38,790 nt of DNA from a virus, in the IMG/VR virus record IMGVR_UViG_3300009964_000017. One strand, 5' to 3'. The notes beneath the pieces were generated by a model, which was given only the letters and a program-made list of their open reading frames with translations, was not told the DNA's origin and searched no databases. The position numbers and the translations under genes are program-made. Position 1 is the first letter of the stretch; each line of letters begins with the position of its first letter. Shown here piece after piece: positions 8,916-18,095 of this stretch.

Positions 8916-9533
8916 ATGACTGCTGTAACACCCATCATCGAGACTAGCGAACAGCTCGACCCCAAGACCTTCAACCTGCAGGATTGGCTGGTAGGTGGCG
9001 ACGCCCACCGAATTCACAAGGAAACCACCCTGGCATTGGATGCTGACGCTGCTGTCCGTATCAGCGAGCTAGAGGCTGAGCTAGACCGCGCTGAGGCGCG
9101 CCTCAATACCGCAAAGAGCGAACAGGCAGACCGCGACGAAAACAGCATGGAAAGCATCGCAGACAGCAGCGACAAAGCAATCCTGACCGAAGAAGAGAAC
9201 ATCAAGAAGATTTGGGGTCAGCTCGAAGAGCTGCAAGACACTACCCGCACAGCCCTTTTCCGCACTCGCACTCTGAGCGAGCATGAAAAGAAAGAAGTCA
9301 TGAATGCGTGGAAGGAAGAGAGCGGCGCGGACGAGGTAGACACTGAGGCGCTCAGCTTCTGGGCGATGGTTTTCGCTAAAACCGCGACCCTGGAAGGGCA
9401 GCATCTCACCTCTGCACAGTGGATGCAAGTTGCCGAGACAATCGGGATGCAGTTCTCACGCACGATCGCTGTCTATACTGCTGCGTTGAATGTGGAGGCG
9501 TCGTTCGAGGTGTCGCCCCGATTTCGTAGCTAA
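8916..9533 (+). CDS. Tail assembly chaperone (gpG-like)
   Basis: A 205-aa acidic ORF between the major tail and tape-measure genes, overlapped at its 3' end by an ORF in another frame. Confidence 0.7.
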   Translation: MTAVTPIIETSEQLDPKTFNLQDWLVGGDAHRIHKETTLALDADAAVRISELEAELDRAEARLNTAKSEQADRDENSMESIADSSDKAILTEEENIKKIWGQLEELQDTTRTALFRTRTLSEHEKKEVMNAWKEESGADEVDTEALSFWAMVFAKTATLEGQHLTSAQWMQVAETIGMQFSRTIAVYTAALNVEASFEVSPRFRS

Positions 9534-9918
9534 ATGTTTAGAAGAAGCTGAGCATGCGCCCGTGCTGGTTGCGGTGAAAGCTGCGCTCCGTTGGGGGCAG
9601 CCGCCGGTAGGATTCGTCACTGGCACGGGCGCAACAGCCTGGACGAGCAGGGACAGTACGGTAGCTGTCGCCTACGAAATCTACCTATCCGAGCTATGCC
9701 CAGAATGTGGGCAGCCGAAAAGTGTGTGCCGTACTGGTGTGCTCGGTTTTGAAGCTAAGAAAGAAATTTGTGCGGCACGAGCCGCTGTAGACGAGATTAG
9801 GCAGGACGATAAATATAAGCCAGACCCTGGCGAGATTTTGCAGCCTGTCCCATATGATCCGAAAGACGACCCAGCCTACGCTGACATGGTGGCGTTTTTT
9901 GGGGATGACGAAGAATAA
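9490..9918 (+). CDS. Tail assembly chaperone extension (gpT-like), probably made as a G-T fusion by a +1 frame change
   Basis: The ORF lies in the +1 frame relative to 8916-9533 and opens exactly at 9490, after an in-frame TGA at 9487. No RBS precedes it. Slippery CCC_CGA (9516-9521) and TTT_C (9522-9525) lie in the 41-nt overlap. Confidence 0.6.
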   Translation: MWRRRSRCRPDFVAKCLEEAEHAPVLVAVKAALRWGQPPVGFVTGTGATAWTSRDSTVAVAYEIYLSELCPECGQPKSVCRTGVLGFEAKKEICAARAAVDEIRQDDKYKPDPGEILQPVPYDPKDDPAYADMVAFFGDDEE

Positions 9919-9933
9919 CAGAATAGGGGTTGT

Positions 9934-12900
9934 GTGCCTGTGGCTAAGTCAAACGAGCAGCAAGTAAAGATAGTTCTCAAGGCTGACGCGAAAGCGTTCA
10001 CCGCAGGCATGCAAGCCGCCTCTAAGGCTGCTAGGGAAGCCGCGAATGCTTCACAGTCGGCGATGAAGAGAGCCGCTGAGCAGAACGTTAAAGAGCAAAA
10101 AGCCGGTCTCAACAAGATGCGCGAAACCATGCGCGACACTACGAAGGATGCAAAGAACGTTGCAGATCAGGTAAGTAAGATTGGGCGTGCAGGCACTGAT
10201 GCTGGCCGCAATGCGAGAGCTGGCCTCCAAGGCATAGGCACTGGTGTTGCTAAAGATGCTAAAGCCGCGCAGTCGTCTATCGCGTCTATCGGTGATGGTG
10301 CGGCTGCGGCTGGGAAGAATATACAGTCAAGCCTACACAATAGTGTGAACGCCGCGACAAGCAATATTCGTAGCCAGGTGGCCGCGACCGGTGAAGCTGG
10401 GAAGATAGCAGGGGAAGGCATCGCTTCAGGTGTCCGAGCTGGCGCTAACAAGGCCGCTGATGCTGTCGCTGGTATCGGTGCTGGTGCCGCACAGGCGGGG
10501 AAAGCAACAGCTGAGGGCATCAAATCTGGGTTGTCTGAGGCTGCTGCCGCGACCTCGGCGCTCACCAGTGCGCAGAGGAAGCAGCACACGGAGGCTGTGG
10601 CTGCTATGGCTGCTGCATCCCAGCAGGCGGCGCAGCGCGCAGCTACCGCTAACCTGAATACTATTCGCGGGTCTTCGGCTGCTGTAGCGGCTGCTACCGC
10701 TGCAGGTGCCGCGCAGGCTGCCTCAGCTCAGATACGTTCACATGGTACGGTGGTTGAGGCTGTTGCAGCTGGTAACGCCGCTATGTCGCGTTCCACGCGC
10801 ACACTGACTGCTACACAGGTTGCCGCGTACTCTGCGGCAGCATCAGCTAGTGTGGCTGGCCTGAATCAGCGTTATAACGTGTTTACTGGTATGACTCGTG
10901 CCGAAACTGCAGCCTATAGGGCTTCTATTGCGGCGTCACGTGAGGCGGCTGGCTCTATCACAGGGATTATGCAGCGCGCCTCACAGTCAGCAGCAGTAGG
11001 GTGGCGTGACTATGCTTCTGCGGCGTCGTCCTCATTCAAATCTGTTGCCAGCGGCGCAGCAGACGCATTCAAATCATCCAGGCTCGGATCATCCATCATC
11101 TACAGTGACTTGGTGACCGGTGCACGCGCCGCAGCATCACAAACAGCTGACGCTATTAGGACACCTATAGCAGGCGCTTTCACGAGTGTTCGTGAACGCT
11201 CCACCAGCGCGGTATCGGGGCTTGCCTCAGATTTCAGGCAGGCTGGTACTGAGGCTAAAAACCTCGCCTCCAATATCCTGTCTAATAAAGACGCTTTGGA
11301 TAAGATCGCGTCCGGTGCAGGAATCACGGGTGCTGCCCTGCTTGCACCGTTCGCTCTGGCGGTGAAACAGTACGCAGATTTTGATGCTGCTATGGCTGGC
11401 GTCCAGGCTGCAACCCATGAAACTGCAGGGAATATGGAGAAGTTACGCACCGCCGCAATCAACGCAGGTGCCGACACCAAATATTCCGGTAAGGAAGCTG
11501 CACAGGGCATCGAAGAGTTGGCTAAGGCCGGTGTCGACACGACAGATATTCTCTCTGGTGGCCTCAACGGTGCACTATCGCTGGCCGCAGCAGGTAATAT
11601 CCAGGTTGGGGATGCTGCCGAGCTAGCAGCAACCGCAATGACACAGTTCAAGCTCAAAGGTGCTGACCTTGAGCATGTCGCCGACCTCCTAGCTGCTGGC
11701 GCAGGTAAAGCTCAAGGCTCTGTGGGCGACCTCGGGTACGCTCTCAAACAGTCAGGGTTGGTGGCGTCTCAAACAGGCCTCACCATTGAAGAAACGACCG
11801 GTACATTAGCCGCGTTCGCATCCGCTGGGCTTATCGGATCGGACGCCGGTACCTCATTCAAAGTGATGCTTCAGAAACTGCAGAACCCGTCTAAACAGGC
11901 TGCGGGATTGATGAAGGAATACGGCATTTCGCTGTATGACTCGACAGGAAAGTTCAAAGGCATCACAGCTGTTGCCGCAGATTTGAAACGTGGCCTGCAA
12001 GACCTCACACCGGCGCAGCGTGACGCAGCAATGGCAACCATTTTCGGTTCTGACGCTGTGCGTGCCGCATCCGTGCTCTACACTGCGGGCGGGGAAGGCA
12101 TACAAGAGTGGATCGACAAGACTAACGATGCTGGATATGCTGCCTCTACGGCTGCGATTCAGCAGAATAACCTTGCCGGCGATATTGAGAAACTCGGCGG
12201 CGCTATCGACTCTGCCGTACTCAAATCCTCTGGCGGTATCAACGAGGTTCTGCGTGGAATAACACAGTTCGTTACCGGTATCGTCGATTTCATCGGCAAA
12301 CTGCCTGCCCCGTTCCTCGCTGTGAACCTTGCAGTCGTCGGTTTGACGGGTGTCGTTCTGCTGACTGTTGCAGCCGCGGCTAAAATGATTTCAGCGTACC
12401 AGACGGTGAAGGGTACGCTGGCGTCGTATTCGGCTGCTGCCCGTGGCGCTACAGCTGCTACAGAAGGGTTAGCAGCTTCATCGTCTACGGCTGCGGCTGG
12501 TGGTTCCAAGCTCGGCGGCTTTGTCTCTAGCTTCGCTAAAATCGCGGGGACAGCGGCACTAGCTGCCGAAGGGGTCACGCTCTTTATCAGTGCGTTCAAC
12601 ACCGATTTTAAGGCACCGTCCGTCGATAAGATGAACAGCGCGTTGAAAACGACCGGCGGCAACCTGGATGCTGTGAACCAGCAGTTTAAAGACATGGGCG
12701 GTAAAGCTACCTGGGCTTTCCTCGGCATGGAAGACCAGGTGCCAAAGGTAAATGGCCTGGGCGAGGCTCTCGTTAAGTTGAAATCTGATGCAGGCGACGC
12801 AATGGAAGGTTTCAGCCAGTGGGTATCTCACACAGCCGGGGCTAAAGTCGGTGCAGACGCGTTCAAAGAGGCCGTGAACAACCTGGACGATTCGTTATCC

Positions 12901-14466
12901 CAGCTGTATGGGCAGAATCAGGATGATGCGGTAGCGTTTTTCCAGTCGATTGTCCGTGAAACGGACGCCGCCTCTGACGCACAGGGTAAAGCTCGCTACA
13001 GTGCAGAAGAATACATGAAAGCGTTCCCGAAGCTGAAAGAAGCTGTTGAGGGTTACGCTGCGTCCATGAATGTTAGCCTCTCGGAGGATGAAAAATATCA
13101 GGCGATGCTTGGTAATTATCCGCCGAAACTCGAAGAGGCGCGCCGTAAACAGGAAGAGCTGAAACATGCTCTTGAAGTTCAAAAGAACGCTCTAGAAGAA
13201 GGCGCGGACGGCATGTCTGGGCTATCCGGTGAAGCTAAAGAAATGGCTAACTGGGTTGGTGCAGCAGGTTCAGCTGTTGAAGACCTAGACAAGAACCTAA
13301 AGGTTTTAGGTAGTGGTTTCGCGTCTTCCACTAAGCAAATGGCTGACTACTATAAGAGTATGGATGATCTGGCGGACGCGATAAAGAAGAATAACGCCGC
13401 CTACGATAGCACATCTAAAACTTTCGACCAGACTACCAAAGCTGGGCAGAAGCTAAACGCAGCGTTCGCTAGCATGGCGCAGGAAGGTGTTCAGGCTGCG
13501 GCAGCTGTTGGTAGGCAGGGAGGAAGCTACGAGGACGTGAAGAATCACATTCACGGTGTGATTGACACGCTCCGTCAGTCTGCTATTCAGATGGGTCTCA
13601 CCAGCGACCAGGCAGACGAGCTTGTTAGGTCTATCTATGGTATCCCAAAGAACATTTCGATTGAGACGTGGGCTGATACTACAGCATCTCGTGTTATTAC
13701 GTCGCTGACTCAGGACGCAGAGCGTGTCCCGGGTGAGATTACGATTGGTACACAGGTGTTTGGTGTGGATCATGCTACCGGCCAGTTGAAATATTTGCGT
13801 GAGGTCGGGGACGCTGCCGACAAGGATATTGACATCAACGCGAAAGCTCATACTGGGCAAGCTAATAACGCCCTGTTCGACATGATTAATAATACCTTCA
13901 AGGTTCCTCGGCGTACTGATACGACCGCTGTCGCAAGAACGGGGCAGGCTAACGCTAACGTGAATGCCTACCGGTCGAATCTGGCTCAGATTCCGCGCAC
14001 AAAAACAACACAGCTGCGTGTTGTGAGTGATACATTCGATGCTCCTGCTGGGAGAAGCTCGTTTAAATGGCGTGCACCTCGTGCACGTGGCGGCATGGTG
14101 CCAGGTTACGCGACCGGTGGTGTCATCCCAGGGCGCGCACCGCTATCACCTTGGGCTGATAACATCCCAGCTGTCACTAACCAGGGGATGCAGCTCATGG
14201 TGCGCTCAGGAGAATTTATCGTGAACGAGCAGGCGACCAGGCGCAACCGGTCGCTGCTAGAACAAATCAACGCAGGATACACGGTGCGCGGGTACGCAAC
14301 GGGCGGGTATGTTCAAGGTGCACGCTCCTACACTGCACCTGATGCGCCTGTAAACGTTGGTGAACAGGTAGCAGAGGCTATCCGTTCCTGGCAGCCCGTC
14401 GTCAGGATAGGCGATAGGGATTTCTACGGTCTTATGCGTGAATCAACTATCCGAAACAACCGATAA
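9934..14466 (+). CDS. Tape measure protein (1510 aa)
   Basis: The N-terminus is Ala-rich. The core AGADTKYSGKEAAQGIEELAKAGV...GSDAGTSFKVMLQKLQNP matches the TP901-type tape-measure core region. A hydrophobic segment LPAPFLAVNLAVVGLTGVVLLTVAAAAKMI is present. GTG start. Confidence 0.9.
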   Translation: MPVAKSNEQQVKIVLKADAKAFTAGMQAASKAAREAANASQSAMKRAAEQNVKEQKAGLNKMRETMRDTTKDAKNVADQVSKIGRAGTDAGRNARAGLQGIGTGVAKDAKAAQSSIASIGDGAAAAGKNIQSSLHNSVNAATSNIRSQVAATGEAGKIAGEGIASGVRAGANKAADAVAGIGAGAAQAGKATAEGIKSGLSEAAAATSALTSAQRKQHTEAVAAMAAASQQAAQRAATANLNTIRGSSAAVAAATAAGAAQAASAQIRSHGTVVEAVAAGNAAMSRSTRTLTATQVAAYSAAASASVAGLNQRYNVFTGMTRAETAAYRASIAASREAAGSITGIMQRASQSAAVGWRDYASAASSSFKSVASGAADAFKSSRLGSSIIYSDLVTGARAAASQTADAIRTPIAGAFTSVRERSTSAVSGLASDFRQAGTEAKNLASNILSNKDALDKIASGAGITGAALLAPFALAVKQYADFDAAMAGVQAATHETAGNMEKLRTAAINAGADTKYSGKEAAQGIEELAKAGVDTTDILSGGLNGALSLAAAGNIQVGDAAELAATAMTQFKLKGADLEHVADLLAAGAGKAQGSVGDLGYALKQSGLVASQTGLTIEETTGTLAAFASAGLIGSDAGTSFKVMLQKLQNPSKQAAGLMKEYGISLYDSTGKFKGITAVAADLKRGLQDLTPAQRDAAMATIFGSDAVRAASVLYTAGGEGIQEWIDKTNDAGYAASTAAIQQNNLAGDIEKLGGAIDSAVLKSSGGINEVLRGITQFVTGIVDFIGKLPAPFLAVNLAVVGLTGVVLLTVAAAAKMISAYQTVKGTLASYSAAARGATAATEGLAASSSTAAAGGSKLGGFVSSFAKIAGTAALAAEGVTLFISAFNTDFKAPSVDKMNSALKTTGGNLDAVNQQFKDMGGKATWAFLGMEDQVPKVNGLGEALVKLKSDAGDAMEGFSQWVSHTAGAKVGADAFKEAVNNLDDSLSQLYGQNQDDAVAFFQSIVRETDAASDAQGKARYSAEEYMKAFPKLKEAVEGYAASMNVSLSEDEKYQAMLGNYPPKLEEARRKQEELKHALEVQKNALEEGADGMSGLSGEAKEMANWVGAAGSAVEDLDKNLKVLGSGFASSTKQMADYYKSMDDLADAIKKNNAAYDSTSKTFDQTTKAGQKLNAAFASMAQEGVQAAAAVGRQGGSYEDVKNHIHGVIDTLRQSAIQMGLTSDQADELVRSIYGIPKNISIETWADTTASRVITSLTQDAERVPGEITIGTQVFGVDHATGQLKYLREVGDAADKDIDINAKAHTGQANNALFDMINNTFKVPRRTDTTAVARTGQANANVNAYRSNLAQIPRTKTTQLRVVSDTFDAPAGRSSFKWRAPRARGGMVPGYATGGVIPGRAPLSPWADNIPAVTNQGMQLMVRSGEFIVNEQATRRNRSLLEQINAGYTVRGYATGGYVQGARSYTAPDAPVNVGEQVAEAIRSWQPVVRIGDRDFYGLMRESTIRNNR

Positions 14467-14487
14467 AAAACATGGAGGTCACACACA

Positions 14488-15330
14488 ATGGCTAAATACA
14501 ATATGTGGATCGGAACACGAGGAATGATGATGCCAGTCAAAGGCGGCACCTCAGAATCCGCGCAAACCGAAATGAGTAACCGCGTCATCGTGACCTCTAA
14601 AACTGGGGCGCGGCGTGTCAACTGGTTTGGCACGCCGCACGCCCTAGAATCGCAAGACTATAGCTTCATGGTCTCTGGTGAAGAATATTCCAGGCTCTCA
14701 AGAATCCTCGCAGCAGGGATTTACCGGAGAGGACAAACAACAGCATACGACCCTATATGCATAATCCCTGGCGGTGCTGAACGAGAAAACCTGCTACCTA
14801 ACTATGCGGCCTCCGGTCTCGGCGGCATCAATGAGCAGCAGCTAGCAGTTGCTGGCGAAAAAGACCAGGACGGGTACCCTCTGCATATTATGCATCAAAC
14901 TATCGGGGACGGTTGGAAGGACGCCACACCGATTATCCCGTACCCCTTCATGGATAGGGAATTTGTGTATGGTGCAGCGTTGAAAAGCAAATCAAAGCTG
15001 AAAATCCTCATGTATGGCAGCGGAAGCAAAACATATTATGGGGAGATAGAAAACACGAGCAATAAAACAATGTTTGTTAAATCGCTTATCGCCAATGCTG
15101 GGCTTGGCGTAAACAGTTTCAAACTGCAGGTGCAAGGGACATGGGGGTACCCGTATGTTCGGGCGTATGAAAAACGCCCAGGAGTGAGTTACTGGCTGCC
15201 AGGTAGGGTTATTCTGCGCTCAGCTGTTGAATCGTTCGAGCGAGTAGCTTTGAGAACATCTCCCGGTATGGACCCCATGTATAAGGTGAACGCAAAGATT
15301 ATAGAGATAGGAAACCGCACGAATGGATAA
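14488..15330 (+). CDS. Distal tail protein (Dit-like)
   Basis: A 280-aa ORF with RBS TGGAGGT, first gene after the tape measure. Call from synteny. Confidence 0.55.
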   Translation: MAKYNMWIGTRGMMMPVKGGTSESAQTEMSNRVIVTSKTGARRVNWFGTPHALESQDYSFMVSGEEYSRLSRILAAGIYRRGQTTAYDPICIIPGGAERENLLPNYAASGLGGINEQQLAVAGEKDQDGYPLHIMHQTIGDGWKDATPIIPYPFMDREFVYGAALKSKSKLKILMYGSGSKTYYGEIENTSNKTMFVKSLIANAGLGVNSFKLQVQGTWGYPYVRAYEKRPGVSYWLPGRVILRSAVESFERVALRTSPGMDPMYKVNAKIIEIGNRTNG

Positions 15331-17590
15331 TTTTGTTCTTCCACAAAAGTTTGAGTCACCAATCACGACTGCTGCACGTGGTGAAGTAATCTCGTCCGCG
15401 CAGATCACGATTGACGGGAAAGATTACGGGATGCAGCAGGTAGAGGTTTCTTCTGGTTGTTCGTCTGAGCTTCCAGGCCGTTTAGGTGTGGCGCAAAGTT
15501 TTAGCCAGGGTGTAGGTACTATCACGTGGGATATGCCGCAGGATTCCTCCGTAAATTTTGTGACTATGCTGTGTGGAAAACCTGGTGCGGAGGATGCGTT
15601 CACGATTCCTCCGGTTGGGGCGTCTGTGTCTATTCAGATGGGGCGCTCACCATCTCTTGAGGGTCAAGCTCTGAAAAAAGTCTTGACAGGTCGTGTAGAT
15701 TCGCATGAGATTGACCCGCAGACAGGTGGTCTAATCACTAAAATTGTGGACGAATGGGACAGGTTTTCAGAAACAGTTCGTGTGCTGGCGAATACTGCGT
15801 GGATGCCGAATGATCCTGATAGTGATGGGCCGCCGTTTCCTTGTGCAGCATCTATTGCTGCTTATGTGTGGAATATTCTTGAGCAGTGTGGGTATTCACC
15901 TGCTGCACGGTCGAAATTGCCTATTGGGTCAGACACGGCGACTCTGGTTTATGCTCCTTTGCAGGGAAGCGCGTTAGTGAACGAGAAGCGCGGCCACGGG
16001 ATTCTGGTTGATGTGAATGGGGGCACTAGTTGGCGTGAGAATCAGGGCACACCAACTTTTGTCTACTACAATTCTGGCCTGCTGTTTTTCCAGAAAGGCT
16101 TTATCACCTATGAGACGAATCCGAATACTATTGATAACTATTACGATTCTGCGACGAAAGATTTTTTTGTTCGCGGGCAGATAGGGCCAGGCCATAACGG
16201 TGTTGTCAATATCAACATTTACTCTGTGAAGGATAACCGGAGAGTTTCGGTGCCGATCAGGATAGAGGCAGACGGTACTTTGCATGCTGGTAGGGTTGAG
16301 AAAGCTGGGAAAGTCCCTAAGAATGGGCGTTTTGAGGTCAAAATCAGTACTCAGCGCTGGGAAGCTAATTTCTCTGATGGTACACAAGCGTATGGGAAAT
16401 TTGATGTTGCCCCAGAGGTTAATAGCAAGGTTTATGCTATAGAGATTGTGGGGCACTCTGGTAAACCAGAACTGGCAGATGTGCATGTTTTTGGGCGTGA
16501 CCTCCCGTTTGTTGATAGGAGACAGGCGTTTGTTGCTATCCCATCCGAAGCTATAGCAACAGGGTTTGTGAAATCATGTCGTGATAGAGTAGCCCGTGAC
16601 GCCCTGGAAGAAATTGGGCAGGCGTTTGGTATGCCTATGTGGATTGATGGTGAGGGACGTTTTCATTTCCGTGCCCTAACCCAGCTAGATAAAGAAGGCA
16701 TCGCGTACTCTATCCCGAAAGATGAAATAGTCGATTACAACCTGAAACTTGACTTGTTGAGGTGTGCTAGCAAAATATCTGTGCGCTATATTGTTCCCGC
16801 CTACAATGATTTGCCTGCACACGGTAATGAAACGTATGTCAAGGTTTATGAGGGCACAAATGCTCAGGTGAAACCTGGGGAGAAGCAGACAGAAATATTT
16901 TCTATTCCAGATACTGAGGAATGGTTCGGGATCGACAAACAGCCTGCAGACTATGATTTCATTCAAATGTGGGGGGCACCTTGGAAGGATATTCCTAGCG
17001 GTGAGGCCTGGCGTGTCAGTAATATGAATAAGATTATTGGTAAGGCATATAGCCGTTCTGTTGATTATACGATTGACCCTGCCGTAGGGTACCCGGGGTA
17101 TTGGACTCGCCCAGTTATCCGAGATATAACGCCCTGGGTATTCGAGATGACCTCTGACTACTCACAGTACAGAGGAAATGTTCTAGAGCGCCGTTTCCCT
17201 ACACAGCGTGAGCTTACCATCTTTGAAGATATGTCTGGGTGGCGTATGCCTCTCATCCGTGCAGCACGCAAGGTCGAATACGGCAATAATTCATCCACGG
17301 TTACTGTAGAAGTTGGTAAAAATGGTGCCCCTGTTTTTGAACACAACATGGGTGTGTGGGGTGAAAGTAGGGAAAAGGCAGAACGTATCGGCAATTCGTT
17401 TAAAAAATATCTGCAGAACACGGTGTGGTGTGATCGTTTAACGGTAATGTTCAACCCTGCCTATGAGATTGGTAAAAAGGTTAGAGTTGAGCTGCCGGAG
17501 GGTGGCACCTTCACGATGATGATTCTAGGTGTTGAACAAAGACCAGCTGACGGTGTAACAACATTGACGACTAGGGTTATCCCATCATAG
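15323..17590 (+). CDS. Tail-associated / baseplate hub protein (Tal-like minor tail protein)
   Basis: A 755-aa ORF overlapping the Dit-like stop, second gene after the tape measure. Call from synteny. Confidence 0.5.
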   Translation: MDNFVLPQKFESPITTAARGEVISSAQITIDGKDYGMQQVEVSSGCSSELPGRLGVAQSFSQGVGTITWDMPQDSSVNFVTMLCGKPGAEDAFTIPPVGASVSIQMGRSPSLEGQALKKVLTGRVDSHEIDPQTGGLITKIVDEWDRFSETVRVLANTAWMPNDPDSDGPPFPCAASIAAYVWNILEQCGYSPAARSKLPIGSDTATLVYAPLQGSALVNEKRGHGILVDVNGGTSWRENQGTPTFVYYNSGLLFFQKGFITYETNPNTIDNYYDSATKDFFVRGQIGPGHNGVVNINIYSVKDNRRVSVPIRIEADGTLHAGRVEKAGKVPKNGRFEVKISTQRWEANFSDGTQAYGKFDVAPEVNSKVYAIEIVGHSGKPELADVHVFGRDLPFVDRRQAFVAIPSEAIATGFVKSCRDRVARDALEEIGQAFGMPMWIDGEGRFHFRALTQLDKEGIAYSIPKDEIVDYNLKLDLLRCASKISVRYIVPAYNDLPAHGNETYVKVYEGTNAQVKPGEKQTEIFSIPDTEEWFGIDKQPADYDFIQMWGAPWKDIPSGEAWRVSNMNKIIGKAYSRSVDYTIDPAVGYPGYWTRPVIRDITPWVFEMTSDYSQYRGNVLERRFPTQRELTIFEDMSGWRMPLIRAARKVEYGNNSSTVTVEVGKNGAPVFEHNMGVWGESREKAERIGNSFKKYLQNTVWCDRLTVMFNPAYEIGKKVRVELPEGGTFTMMILGVEQRPADGVTTLTTRVIPS

Positions 17591-17605
17591 AAAGGAAGCA
17601 TAATT

Positions 17606-18073
17606 ATGGGTTATGCGACTGTTGAGGGGCGGTTCCTCGCTCCTGCAGCCCCAGTAGGGGGCAACCCTACGCCTATGCAAGGTAGGGTGATTTTCCGCCC
17701 AGAAATGCGGGAAGCCGCAAACGGGTACACCCACCTGCCTGCTGAGGTAGAAGCAACGTTAGAGAACGGGTACCTGTCATATGGTGGTTCCCGTGGCGTG
17801 CGGCTCATGACACCTGACGATTCTACGGTGCCTACCTGGTGGGAGTGGGTAGCTATCCTATACCTGCACACGGGTGGGGACATTGTTCGGCATGAGCCGG
17901 TTAGGTTTAGTCTGAAATCTGGTGAAACGGTTGATTTCGCGCAGATTGTGGCGCGCGGATATGAGCCTCCGAGGCAGCCAGTGCCGCGACCTGCTGACGA
18001 TGGTTCGCCGATCCGCCTACATGTGACTGTTGGTGCGGACGGAACGGGCGCTATCACTACTCACACCGAATAA
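17606..18073 (+). CDS. Minor tail / hypothetical structural protein
   Basis: A 155-aa ORF with RBS GAAAGGAAG, lying between the Tal-like and fibre genes. Confidence 0.4.
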   Translation: MGYATVEGRFLAPAAPVGGNPTPMQGRVIFRPEMREAANGYTHLPAEVEATLENGYLSYGGSRGVRLMTPDDSTVPTWWEWVAILYLHTGGDIVRHEPVRFSLKSGETVDFAQIVARGYEPPRQPVPRPADDGSPIRLHVTVGADGTGAITTHTE

Positions 18074-18095
18074 CCAAAAAGGAAAGAGCTGTATT

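Noticed and set aside
9400-9533. A search for a canonical -1 slippery heptamer (X_XXY_YYZ) for the G/T chaperone frameshift.
   Set aside because: The downstream ORF is in the +1 frame and its frame is closed until 9490. No heptamer of the required form exists in the 41-nt permissive window, so the canonical mechanism does not fit.
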